From: an uncultured Candidatus Rokubacteria bacterium
GTDB taxonomy: Bacteria > Methylomirabilota > Methylomirabilia > Rokubacteriales > DASRDR01
Direction: 5' to 3'
NCBI GenBank assembly: GCA_963826115.1
Contig: CAWGVS010000005.1
Span: 224,001-288,000 of the forward strand
Length of the DNA stretch: 64,000 bases
Translations under genes and position numbers: made by a program
The notes under the pieces: model-generated
Told to the model about the DNA's origin: nothing
Seen by the model: only the letters and a program-made list of their open reading frames with translations
The model's database searches: none
Part shown: positions 18,511 through 27,295 of the stretch, one piece after another
How the letters are laid out: every line of letters begins with the position of its first letter
Position numbering within the stretch: position 1 is the stretch's first letter

Positions 18511-19385
18511 TCCCCGGCGTGGGCCCGATCCGCTGGTCGGCCGGGCCGCTCTCGTTCGAGCTCCACTGCAACGCCCCGGCCGTCCGGTCACTGGCCCTGC
18601 CCGTCTTCCGTCCCTGGAGTCTGAACGACGGGGCGCCGCCGCCGACCCACATCTGGCGGATCGAGCGCATGGCGGAGCACGACGGGGCCGGAGAGTGGCA
18701 GGTCCGGTCCTCGGCCGGCGCGGAGGCGCGGGTCGGGAGCGCGGCACGCGCCGTCAGCGCCGTCGAGTACGGCGCCGTCGCCACCCTCGCGGAATCGGCC
18801 GCCGTCACCGCGCACGGCGCCCTGGTCGCGGTGGGCGGGCGCGGCGTTCTGCTGGTCGGGCGCGGCGAGGCCGGCAAGTCGACGCTCGCCTGCGCGCTCT
18901 GGTCCCGCGGGGCCGCCCTCCTCGGCGACGACATGGCCATCCTTGACGTCGCCACGGGCGAGGCCCGACCGGGGCCGAGGCGCGTGTCGCTCCGGGCCGA
19001 CAGCCGCGCGTTGCTCGGCGACGCCTTCTTCGACCGGGCCATGCGCGGGCCGTCGAGCGTCGCGCTCGGCGACTCCCACCTGTTCCACCCTGGCGAGATC
19101 GAGCCACGGCCCCGGCCCGAGACGGTGGAACTCGGCGCGATCGTGTTCCTGGCCCGCCGGAGCAGCGCGGTCGACGGCGCGCGCCTCGAGCCGATCGCGC
19201 CGGCCCATGCCCTCCTCGCGCTCCTGCCGTACTCGAACATCCGAACGCACCGGCCGTTTGGCGAGGCGATCCGGATCCTGGTCCCGCTCGCCGACCGCGT
19301 ACCCGCCTTTGACCTCGGGCGCGGGTCGCTGCCCGAGATGGCCGCGGCAGTGGAAGCGCTCGCGGGCGCCCCCTCACGGGCATGA
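18507..19385 (+). CDS. HPr-kinase-related P-loop kinase
   Basis: GTG overlaps the PqqD stop; HGALVAVGGRGVLLVGRGEAGKSTLACAL...LLGDD (HPrK-type His, Walker A and DD motif). Confidence 0.8.
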   Translation: MIPGVGPIRWSAGPLSFELHCNAPAVRSLALPVFRPWSLNDGAPPPTHIWRIERMAEHDGAGEWQVRSSAGAEARVGSAARAVSAVEYGAVATLAESAAVTAHGALVAVGGRGVLLVGRGEAGKSTLACALWSRGAALLGDDMAILDVATGEARPGPRRVSLRADSRALLGDAFFDRAMRGPSSVALGDSHLFHPGEIEPRPRPETVELGAIVFLARRSSAVDGARLEPIAPAHALLALLPYSNIRTHRPFGEAIRILVPLADRVPAFDLGRGSLPEMAAAVEALAGAPSRA

Positions 19386-21604
19386 GCCTGACCCCGGCGC
19401 TCCGCATCGGGTCGGCGGCGACGCCGCCCGCGACGTCGATGGCGCTCATGCTGACGCGTCGCTGCAACATGCGGTGTGGGCACTGCAGCGTCGAGAGCGG
19501 ACCGGACGTGCGTGGCGAGCCGACCGAGGAGGAGCTCCTCGACCGCGTCCGCCAGGCTGCGGCTGGCGGCGTCCGGGCGATCAACCTCACCGGCGGCGAG
19601 CCGATGCTGCGCCCGCGAACGGTCCTGCGGCTCGTGCGCGCGGCCCGCCGCCTGGGCGTGGCGACGACGCTCACGACGAACGGCTCCTGGGGGCGGACCG
19701 CTGCTCGCGCGCGGCGGGGTGTCCAGGCGCTCCGGCGCGCGGGCCTCGCGTCGCTCGCGATCAGCGTCGATCGCTACCACGACGAGTTCCAGGGCCCGAC
19801 GCCGACGCTCCTGATCGCGCGGGCCGCCGAGGAGGCGGGCCTGCCGGTGCGGATCAGCCTCGTCGTGCCGGCGGGGCGGTCGGAGGAGGACGGGCTCGCG
19901 GCGCTGGTCGCGCCCTTCGAGGGTCTTCGCAGCACGCGCCTCCGGTTCTACGGGCTCCAGGCGGTCGGGCGGGCGCGCGGTCTGCCGGTCGAGACGATGG
20001 GCGCCGACATCGACGGCTTCTGCGCCGCGTGCGCCGCCCCCGCGGTGACGGATGACGGGCGCCTGACCGCGTGCAACGGGCCCGCGTACTTCGCGCCCGA
20101 AGGGTCGCCGCTGATCGTCGGGTCGCTCCGGTCGGAGCCCCTCGGCGTGCTTCTCGCGCGCCACCGGGAGGATCCGATCCTCGACACGATCCGGACGCAC
20201 GGGCCGACGCGACTCAGGGACGAGCTCCGGGCGCTGCCCGGCTTCGAGACCTTCCCGTTCCGCAAGCGCTATCTCGGCATCTGTGACCTCTGCCTGCACG
20301 TCACGTCCGACGCCAAGGCCGTGGCGGCCCTGCGGGTGCGGCTCGACGATCCCGCGCGCGCGGCCGAGCGCCGGGCCGCGTGGCTGGTCATCCAGGACGG
20401 CCGCCGGCGTGGCGAGCTGAACGCCGGGCGCGTCAACGGTCCCGGCGCCGCGCGGGTCTTCCTCCGGGCCGCGACGGAGCCGGCGGCGACCTATGGCGAC
20501 GAGGCCGAGCGGATCCTCGCGCGCCCCGACGTCGACTGGAAGCGATGGGCCACGTACCTGACCGCGTGCGGCTTCGCCCGGTCGCTCGCGCCGGCGCTCG
20601 ACCGGCCCGGGCTCACGGGACGGGCGCCCGCGTTCTTCGTCGAGACGCTGCGGGCGGCCGCGGTGCGCGAGGGCATCCGCGAGCTGGTTCAGCGCGAGGT
20701 GCTGCGCGAGGTGGAGGCCGGTCTCGCCACGATCGGCGCCCGCGGCGTCGTGCTCAAGGGGATGGCGCTGGCGCTCCGGGCCCGCGAGGCGGGGGACGCG
20801 GTCCCGCCCCGCGCCACCGGGGATGTCGACGTCTACGTGGAGTCCGACCGCGCGCCCGCCCTGCGCCGGCACCTCCTCGAGCAGGGGTTCAGCGGCGTCC
20901 CGGACGCGCGCCCCACGTCGACCCACCACCTCGCGGCCGTGTCGATCCGCGGCATCCAGGTGGAGATCCACACGCGGATCACGGCGCCGCACTGGGGGCT
21001 GCCGGAGGCGGAGATGCTGAGGCGCGTCCGCCCGCTCGACTCGGCCCAGCGGCTCGACACGCTGGATCCCGAGGGGCTGCTGCTCCACTCGATGGTGCAC
21101 TGCTCCCAGCACTGCTTCTCGCACGGGCTCCGCGCGGCGTGGGACGTCCTCGCGGTCCTGCGGACCCGCCCGGACATCGACTGGGCCCGGCTGGCGGGCT
21201 GGGTGAAGGCGCTTCGGGCGCCGCGCGGCTTCTGGGTGCCGGCGGCGGTGCTGGCGCGGGAGCTCGGGCTGCCGCTACCGCCGGAGCTCGTGCGCGAGGC
21301 GCCGCGCGACGCGCTTCAGCGGAACCTCGAGGCGGTCGCCGCCCGGCGCCTCTTCCGCGTGGTCGAGCGAGTCGACGAGCTCGATCCCATCAGCCGGAAC
21401 GCGGTGCTGCTCCTCCTGCACGACTCCTTTGCGGCGCGGGCGCGCTATCTCGGCGCTCTGTCCCGATGGGCGCTGGTACGTCCCGGGCGGCGGACGGGGC
21501 CCGCCCGCTCCACGCCATCCGGGGCCGGGAGGCTCCGCCAGGCCTGGCGGCACTTCCGCCAGTACCGCGGCGCCGTCACGCGCGCGGCCGCCGACGAGGA
21601 CTGA
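19382..21604 (+). CDS. Radical SAM (Cys-rich SPASM/twitch-like) - nucleotidyltransferase (NTP_transf_5-like) fusion
   Basis: CNMRCGHC, LTGGEP, auxiliary CAAC...ACNGP...CDLC; C-terminal VVLKGMAL...RATGDVDVYV...VEIHTR. Confidence 0.85.
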   Translation: MSLTPALRIGSAATPPATSMALMLTRRCNMRCGHCSVESGPDVRGEPTEEELLDRVRQAAAGGVRAINLTGGEPMLRPRTVLRLVRAARRLGVATTLTTNGSWGRTAARARRGVQALRRAGLASLAISVDRYHDEFQGPTPTLLIARAAEEAGLPVRISLVVPAGRSEEDGLAALVAPFEGLRSTRLRFYGLQAVGRARGLPVETMGADIDGFCAACAAPAVTDDGRLTACNGPAYFAPEGSPLIVGSLRSEPLGVLLARHREDPILDTIRTHGPTRLRDELRALPGFETFPFRKRYLGICDLCLHVTSDAKAVAALRVRLDDPARAAERRAAWLVIQDGRRRGELNAGRVNGPGAARVFLRAATEPAATYGDEAERILARPDVDWKRWATYLTACGFARSLAPALDRPGLTGRAPAFFVETLRAAAVREGIRELVQREVLREVEAGLATIGARGVVLKGMALALRAREAGDAVPPRATGDVDVYVESDRAPALRRHLLEQGFSGVPDARPTSTHHLAAVSIRGIQVEIHTRITAPHWGLPEAEMLRRVRPLDSAQRLDTLDPEGLLLHSMVHCSQHCFSHGLRAAWDVLAVLRTRPDIDWARLAGWVKALRAPRGFWVPAAVLARELGLPLPPELVREAPRDALQRNLEAVAARRLFRVVERVDELDPISRNAVLLLLHDSFAARARYLGALSRWALVRPGRRTGPARSTPSGAGRLRQAWRHFRQYRGAVTRAAADED

Positions 21605-21637
21605 GCCGCCCGGCGACGGCGCGCCGGGCGGGGAGCT

Positions 21638-22459
21638 TCAGCGGCCCGGGTGCCCCTGCGTCTCGTGCCAGCGGGCAATCGCCTCGCCCGTCGTGAACCA
21701 GACTCCCGGGAACCGGCGGATGTAGGCCACGAGCTCCTCGAGCAGCATGATCCGCGAGGCGCGCCCGATCACGAAGGGGTGGCAGGTCAGCACGAAGCAG
21801 CCGTTCTCCCGGTAGATCCCCGAGAATTCTCGGCTCCACAGGTCGAACACCCGGGCCGGGTCGGCGATGACGTTGCCGGCCCCGTAGACGTGGCGGAAGA
21901 GCGGCGCGTCGTCGAGGATCCACTGCACCGGGACCTCGATCAGCGGGCCGTGGCTCGTCTCGAGGAGGTACGGCACGTCGTCGCCCATGAGCGAGCTGTC
22001 GTAGAGGAAGCCGTGGGCCTTCAGGATGCCGGGCGTCCTCACGTTCACGTCCCAGGACGGCGAGCGGTAGCCGGCCGGGCGCACGCCGAGCTGGTCGGCG
22101 AGGATCCGGAGCTGCGCTCGCATCACCGCTTCTTCCTGCGCGGCGTCCAGGCCGTCGACCGCCTCGTGGACGTTGCCGTGGGCGCCGATCTCGTGGCCGG
22201 CATCCCTGATCCGGAGGGACTGCGGGCGGTGGTTCTCGACCGTCCAGCCCGGAATGAAGAACGTCGCCGGGAGCCGCAGCTGGTCGAGCATGCGGAGGAT
22301 CCGGTCCACGCCGACGCGGGGTCCGAAGCGTCGCTCCTCGAGACCGGCCAGGCTTCGCTTGGACTTGTCAGGCTCCCGGAAGAGGAACCCCGACTCCGCG
22401 TCGAAGTCGAACGACAGCACCACCGCGCACTGCTGGCCCTCGGGCCACTGGTATCGCAT
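21638..22459 (-). CDS. Polysaccharide deacetylase family protein (PuuE/PgdA-like)
   Basis: SFDFD, ATFFIPG, HEIGAHGNVHE, GYRSP, YDSSLM. Confidence 0.88.
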   Translation of the reverse strand: MRYQWPEGQQCAVVLSFDFDAESGFLFREPDKSKRSLAGLEERRFGPRVGVDRILRMLDQLRLPATFFIPGWTVENHRPQSLRIRDAGHEIGAHGNVHEAVDGLDAAQEEAVMRAQLRILADQLGVRPAGYRSPSWDVNVRTPGILKAHGFLYDSSLMGDDVPYLLETSHGPLIEVPVQWILDDAPLFRHVYGAGNVIADPARVFDLWSREFSGIYRENGCFVLTCHPFVIGRASRIMLLEELVAYIRRFPGVWFTTGEAIARWHETQGHPGR

Positions 22460-22468
22460 CGTGGTCTC

Positions 22469-23224
22469 CTATCCCCCCATGAAGGCGCCGCCGTTGACGT
22501 GGATCGTCTGACCGGTGATCCAGCCGGAGTGCTCGCCGACGAGGAACACGGCCACGCGGGCGATCTCCTCCGGGGTGGCCATCCGGCCCTCCAGCGGAAT
22601 CTGTCGGCCCAGCTCGACGAGCTCCGCCTCCGAGTTGCCGTACCGCGGCTGCGCCGTGTCCGTGAGCCCCGGGGCGATCGCGTTGACCCGAATGCGGTGA
22701 GGCGCGAGCGCGAGCGCCATCGCGCGGGTGAGGCCCATGACTCCGGCTTTGCTCGCCGAGTAGTGGACACCGAGCGGCGTCCCCCGCATGGCCACCGAGG
22801 CGAGGTTCACGATGGCGCCCCCACGCCCGGCCTCGACCATCCGCCGCGCCGCGGCCTGCGCGCAGAGGAAGCTGCCTTTCAGGTTCACGTCGAGCACGTG
22901 GTCCCACTCCGCCTCGGTCATGGCGAGGAAGTCGACCCGCGGAAAGACCCCCGCGTTGTTGACGAGGATCGCCGGTGCCCCGAGCTCGCAGGCGACCGCG
23001 GCGACCATCGACTCCGCGTCGCCCGTCCGGGAAACGTCGCCCTGGACGAGGCACGCGCGGCGTCCGATCCCGCGGACCTCGTCCGCGACCCGCTCGGCGG
23101 CGGCGCGGTCGTCGAGGTAGTTCACGCCCACGTCCGCGCCGTCCCGTGCAAGGGCCACGGCAATCGCCCGGCCGATGCCCTGCTGGGCTCCGGTCACGAG
23201 TGCGACCCGACCGACGAGCTGCAT
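22469..23224 (-). CDS. SDR family oxidoreductase
   Basis: TGAQQGIG, NNAG, YSASK, VNAIAPG. Confidence 0.92.
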   Translation of the reverse strand: MQLVGRVALVTGAQQGIGRAIAVALARDGADVGVNYLDDRAAAERVADEVRGIGRRACLVQGDVSRTGDAESMVAAVACELGAPAILVNNAGVFPRVDFLAMTEAEWDHVLDVNLKGSFLCAQAAARRMVEAGRGGAIVNLASVAMRGTPLGVHYSASKAGVMGLTRAMALALAPHRIRVNAIAPGLTDTAQPRYGNSEAELVELGRQIPLEGRMATPEEIARVAVFLVGEHSGWITGQTIHVNGGAFMGG

Positions 23225-23400
23225 GGGTCCTCCGTCCCTCGGGCCGGCTCGCTTGCGGCCCGACGCGTACAGTACCCCAAGGCCCCTCGGGGGTGAAGCC
23301 GTGGCCGGCACATCGAGCGATCGGGCCGCGGGTGTTGCCAGGACTCGGGAGACGCTATCCTGAGCGCCACACGAACCCTAGACACTCGAGGAGCGCGCTC

Positions 23401-24096
23401 ATGCGACCACGTCACACGGAGACACATCGGACCGCACGCATCGGCTGGCTACGCGCTACCGTCCTCGGCGCCAACGACGGGATCGTGTCGACGGCGAGCC
23501 TGGTCCTGGGGGTGGCCTCGGCCCACGCCGGCGCGTCGAGCGTTGTGGTTGCGGGCGCGGCGGGCCTCGTCGCCGGCGCGATGTCCATGGCCGCCGGGGA
23601 GTACGTGTCGGTCAGCTCGCAGGCGGATACCGAGCGTGCCGATCTCCGGCGTGAGGAGGTGGAGCTAGCCTCGGATCCCGAGGCGGAGCTGGCGGAGCTG
23701 ACGGCGATCTACGTCGGCCGCGGGCTGGATCCGGCCCTGGCCCACCAGGTGGCCGTCCAGCTGATGGCTCACGACGCGCTGGCGACTCATGCCCGGGACG
23801 AGCTTGGCATCACCGAGATGCTCCGGGCGCGACCTCTCCAGGCGGCCCTCGCGTCGGCGGCGAGCTTCGCGGTGGGCGCCGCCGTCCCGCTGGTGACGGT
23901 TGCGCTCAGTCCCGACGCCACGATCGTTCCGGTGGTCGGCGGAACGTCGCTCGTGCTGCTGGGGGCGCTCGGCTGGCTGGCGGCGCGGGTCGGAGGAGCG
24001 CACCCCTGGGCCGGCACCGCCCGCGTGGTGCTGTGGGGGGCGCTCGCGATGGCCGCGACGGCCGCCGCCGGCACGCTCTTCGGCGCGACGGTCTGA
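23401..24096 (+). CDS. VIT1/CCC1 family Fe/Mn transporter
   Basis: WLRATVLGANDGIVS, AGAMSMAAGEYVSVSSQ. Confidence 0.92.
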   Translation: MRPRHTETHRTARIGWLRATVLGANDGIVSTASLVLGVASAHAGASSVVVAGAAGLVAGAMSMAAGEYVSVSSQADTERADLRREEVELASDPEAELAELTAIYVGRGLDPALAHQVAVQLMAHDALATHARDELGITEMLRARPLQAALASAASFAVGAAVPLVTVALSPDATIVPVVGGTSLVLLGALGWLAARVGGAHPWAGTARVVLWGALAMAATAAAGTLFGATV

Positions 24097-24172
24097 GCGC
24101 GTCGAGACCCGCGGGCGAGTTCCGCCGGGGCCCGACGCATGCTATCGTCGGCGGCTGGGAGGGCGGGGAGCA

Positions 24173-24688
24173 ATGGCCGATCCGAGCTGGTCCAAGCACG
24201 TTGCCGACGTGCTGCGCAGGAACGACATCCACATCTTCGCGACGGTGCCGGACTACATCGTGTCGCAGGTGCTGGAGCACCTCTGGGCCGACCGGGACTG
24301 CACCGTCGTGACCGCGACGCGCGAGGAGGAGGCGCTCGGCATCCTGTCGGGCGCCTGGCTCGGCGGCCGGCGCGGCGCCCTCATCATGCAGAACAGCGGC
24401 CTGGGCAACTGCATCAACACGCTCGGCTCGCTGAACGTGGCATCGCAGGTGCCGGTCGTGCTCGTGATCAGCCACCGCGGGGATCTCGGGGAGTTCAACC
24501 CGGCCCAGGTGCCCGTCGGTCAGGCCACCGAGCGCATTCTCGACGCGTTCGGGATCCGGCACGTCATGCCCCGGTCGATCGCCGACCTCGAGGCGCAGGC
24601 GGACGGCCTCGTCAAGCTGGCCTACACGCAGTCGCTCCCGGTCGCCTTCATCCTGCCCGCCGAGCTCACCGGCGGGAAGCTCGGCTGA
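24173..24688 (+). CDS. TPP-dependent decarboxylase alpha subunit (sulfopyruvate decarboxylase ComD-like)
   Basis: TVPD, TREEEALG, MQNSGLGNCIN, SHRG. Confidence 0.8.
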   Translation: MADPSWSKHVADVLRRNDIHIFATVPDYIVSQVLEHLWADRDCTVVTATREEEALGILSGAWLGGRRGALIMQNSGLGNCINTLGSLNVASQVPVVLVISHRGDLGEFNPAQVPVGQATERILDAFGIRHVMPRSIADLEAQADGLVKLAYTQSLPVAFILPAELTGGKLG

Positions 24689-24696
24689 GCCCGCCG

Positions 24697-25269
24697 ATGG
24701 ACCGCGCCACCGCGACCCGTCTTCTGGTGAGCCGCCTCCGTGACGAGGTGATCGTGTCGAACCTGGGCCAGGCCACCATCGACCTCCAGCACGTGGGCGA
24801 CCGGCTGCTCAACTGCTACACGTTCGGCTCGATGGGGCAGTGCTCGTCCATCGGACTCGGCATCGCGCTCGCGCGCCCCGACACCCGAGTGGTGTGCCTC
24901 GACGGCGACGGCTCGCTCCTGATGAACCTCGGGTCGCTCTGCACGATCGCCACGGTCCGGCCGTCGAACTTCGCGCTCGTCATCTGGGACAACGAGGTCC
25001 ACATGACGACGGGCGGGCAGCCTACGGCCACGTCCCACCGATCGAGCTTCGCCCAGATGGCCCGGGGCGCGGGCATCGAGAAAGTGCTGGAGCCCCGGGA
25101 CGAGGCGGAGCTGGGGCAGGCGTTCGACCGCATCCTCGCCGAGCCCGGCCCGTTCGTCGTGCCCGTCAAGGTGAGTCGCGGCAAGGCCGAGGGCCGCCTC
25201 GACCGGGACGTGCTGGGCTACACGCGGCGGTTCCGCCAGGCGCTCGCCGCCCTCCCATCCAGTCGGTGA
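24697..25269 (+). CDS. TPP-dependent decarboxylase beta subunit (ComE-like)
   Basis: GSMGQCSSIGLG, DGDGSLLMNLG...DN, TGGQ. Confidence 0.8.
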   Translation: MDRATATRLLVSRLRDEVIVSNLGQATIDLQHVGDRLLNCYTFGSMGQCSSIGLGIALARPDTRVVCLDGDGSLLMNLGSLCTIATVRPSNFALVIWDNEVHMTTGGQPTATSHRSSFAQMARGAGIEKVLEPRDEAELGQAFDRILAEPGPFVVPVKVSRGKAEGRLDRDVLGYTRRFRQALAALPSSR

Positions 25270-25342
25270 CCCGGCGTCCCGGAGCGTCCGAATAGACGCT
25301 GCCGAGCCGGCGGCCGCCGCGTTCCGCCGCGCCCAGCGGCGG

Positions 25343-26554
25343 GTGCTCTTCGCGACCAGCGCCTGCTACCTCGTCTACTACACCGGCCGGCAGAACCTCG
25401 GCTGGGCGGTCCCGGGGATCCGGAGCGAGCTGGGCCTCAGCGCCACCGAGATCGGCTGGATCAGCGGCGCCGGGCTGATCGTGCACGGCGTCTCGCAGGT
25501 GGTGAGCGGGCACTTCGCCGATCGCGCGGGCGGCCGACGCCTCCTCGCGCTCGGCGCCGTGGGCTCCTGCATCCTCAACTGGCTGACGAGCTTCGGCGGC
25601 GGTTTCTGGACGCTGGCGATCCCGTGGGCGCTGAACGGGTGCGCCCAGTCACTGGGCTTCGCGCCGGCGAGCCGACTCATCGCGGCCTGGTGGGCCCCGA
25701 AGGAGCGCGGCTGGGCGTACGGCTTGCTGAACGGCGCGGCCGGCCTCTCCTCGGTGGTCACCTACACGACGGCGGCGCTCGTGGTCGGCTGGCTCTCGTG
25801 GCGGTGGGTGCTGCGCCTGCCGGTGCTCCTGCTCCTCCTCGGCGCGGCCGTGGTCTGGATCTTCGCCCGTGACCGCCCCGAGGACCTGGGCTTCCGGTCC
25901 CCGCCCGACCCGGAGGGGGCTCGCTCGAGGCGAGTGGGTTCCGAGGCGTCGGTGTCGCTGGGCGCCCGTCTCCGCGCCGCCCTACGGAATCGCCCGTTCG
26001 TCCTCGCGTCGCTCGGCTTCGGATTCGCGAACTGGGCGCGGCTCGGCCTCCTGGTCTGGGCACCTTCCTACGTGATGGGCGCCCGGGGCGCGGCCAAGGG
26101 GGAGATCGCTTGGATTCCGCTCGCACTGCCCCTGGGCATGGCGCTCGGCGCCTTCGCCGGCGGCTACGCGGTGGACCGCTTCTTCGCGGGCAACCATCCC
26201 CGCCTGATCGTGCTGTCCCTGCTGGCTGCGGCCGGGGCGACGCTGGGTCTCATGGCGGCGCCGACCGACGCGTGGCGGGTCGTCCTGCTCTTCGTCGTCG
26301 GGTTCCTCATCTTCAGCCCGTTCCCCTCGTTCACCGTGCTGGGGGCGGAGCTCCTGGGCCCGCAGGCTGTCGGCGCCGGTGTGGGTTTCATGAACGGCTT
26401 CGGCTACGGCACCGCGGCCCTCGGCGACGTCGTCACGGGCGCGGTGATCGACGCCACGGGCCGGACGGCCGCGGTCTTCGCGGTGGCAGCCGCGGCGTGC
26501 GTCCTCGGAGCAGGCGCGACGGCGCTGGCCCGGGCGGCCCGGCGGCCGGCCTGA
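25343..26554 (+). CDS. MFS transporter, GlpT/OPA-like (true start uncertain)
   Basis: YLVYYTGRQN, WWAPKERG, about 12 TM; the in-frame upstream AFRRAQRR looks coding but has no standard start codon. Confidence 0.8.
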   Translation: MLFATSACYLVYYTGRQNLGWAVPGIRSELGLSATEIGWISGAGLIVHGVSQVVSGHFADRAGGRRLLALGAVGSCILNWLTSFGGGFWTLAIPWALNGCAQSLGFAPASRLIAAWWAPKERGWAYGLLNGAAGLSSVVTYTTAALVVGWLSWRWVLRLPVLLLLLGAAVVWIFARDRPEDLGFRSPPDPEGARSRRVGSEASVSLGARLRAALRNRPFVLASLGFGFANWARLGLLVWAPSYVMGARGAAKGEIAWIPLALPLGMALGAFAGGYAVDRFFAGNHPRLIVLSLLAAAGATLGLMAAPTDAWRVVLLFVVGFLIFSPFPSFTVLGAELLGPQAVGAGVGFMNGFGYGTAALGDVVTGAVIDATGRTAAVFAVAAAACVLGAGATALARAARRPA

Positions 26555-26650
26555 CGCTCCGAGCGCCCGTGCTACGATACCCGGCGATCGTCGCCCGCGG
26601 GCGGCGCGAGGCCGCCACACTCATTCGAGAACTGCTCACGAGGAGCGCAC

Positions 26651-27232
26651 ATGACCACTCCGGTTGACCCGAACAACGTCATGATGACCGGCGAGAACTC
26701 GTTCGTCCGCCTGAGCCACGACGGCGGCAAGACCCTGGCGGATCGCTGGAGCCACTGGCGCGTCCTCTGGTGTCCCGCGGGGCCGGGCCACGTCCTCCTC
26801 GTCCAGGCCGAGCTGACCGGGGGCCAGGCTCGCCTCTACAGCGACAACATCGCCATGACGCGGTGGCTCCAGCGGGAGATCGAGTCGATCCTGTTCCCGC
26901 CGACGGCGGACGTGGCGATCCCGGTCATCGAGGCGTCCTTCGAGCGGAGCGGCGACCCGCGGGCCGTCGCGACGGAGCGGATCGTCTCCGCCAAGGACGA
27001 GATCGTGATGACCTGGTACGACTTCCACGAGCCCTTCATCCTGAACATGCCGCCGGGATTCGCCAACCGGCCCATCGGCGTGTTCAGCACGTTCTTCCCG
27101 GCCCGGGCGGCCCAGGTGACGCTGAACGGGCAGGTGGCGGCGGGGCAGATCTGGCCCGAGACGCGCGGCGATCGGCAGTCGTCGAGCGCCTGTCTCGCCT
27201 GGTCGGAGTCCTGGGTCAAGCCGAAGGGGTAG
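26651..27232 (+). CDS. Conserved-looking hypothetical protein
   Basis: RBS GAGGAG, strong GC3 codon bias. Confidence 0.7.
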   Translation: MTTPVDPNNVMMTGENSFVRLSHDGGKTLADRWSHWRVLWCPAGPGHVLLVQAELTGGQARLYSDNIAMTRWLQREIESILFPPTADVAIPVIEASFERSGDPRAVATERIVSAKDEIVMTWYDFHEPFILNMPPGFANRPIGVFSTFFPARAAQVTLNGQVAAGQIWPETRGDRQSSSACLAWSESWVKPKG

Positions 27233-27295
27233 CGCTGGGGGTCGCTTTCGGCCGACTACGCCGAGCGAGAGGGGCAGGCGAGGCGGCCGCGCCGG

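Noticed and set aside
18476-21124. Long antisense or alternate-frame ORFs (e.g. 18476..21124 -, 49964..52369 -, 59087..61195 -, 6624..8549 +)
   Set aside because: These are Arg/Pro/Gly-rich shadow ORFs expected at this GC content; they overlap well-supported genes and have no motifs.
17407-21604. Lasso peptide cluster
   Set aside because: The YxxP leader, RRE, kinase and NTase fit, but there is no asparagine-synthetase-like cyclase or transglutaminase-like B2 peptidase. The tails are too short and lack the Thr(-2) and ring-acceptor layout.
17407-21604. PQQ, mycofactocin, ranthipeptide or spliceotide locus
   Set aside because: There are no pqqB/C or mft genes, the peptides contain no Cys, and the motif is YAG rather than the YG used by spliceases. 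An ExxY spacing is present but is not PqqA's ExxxY.
24173-25269. Phosphonate biosynthetic cluster
   Set aside because: No PEP mutase or other phosphonate genes are present in the window.
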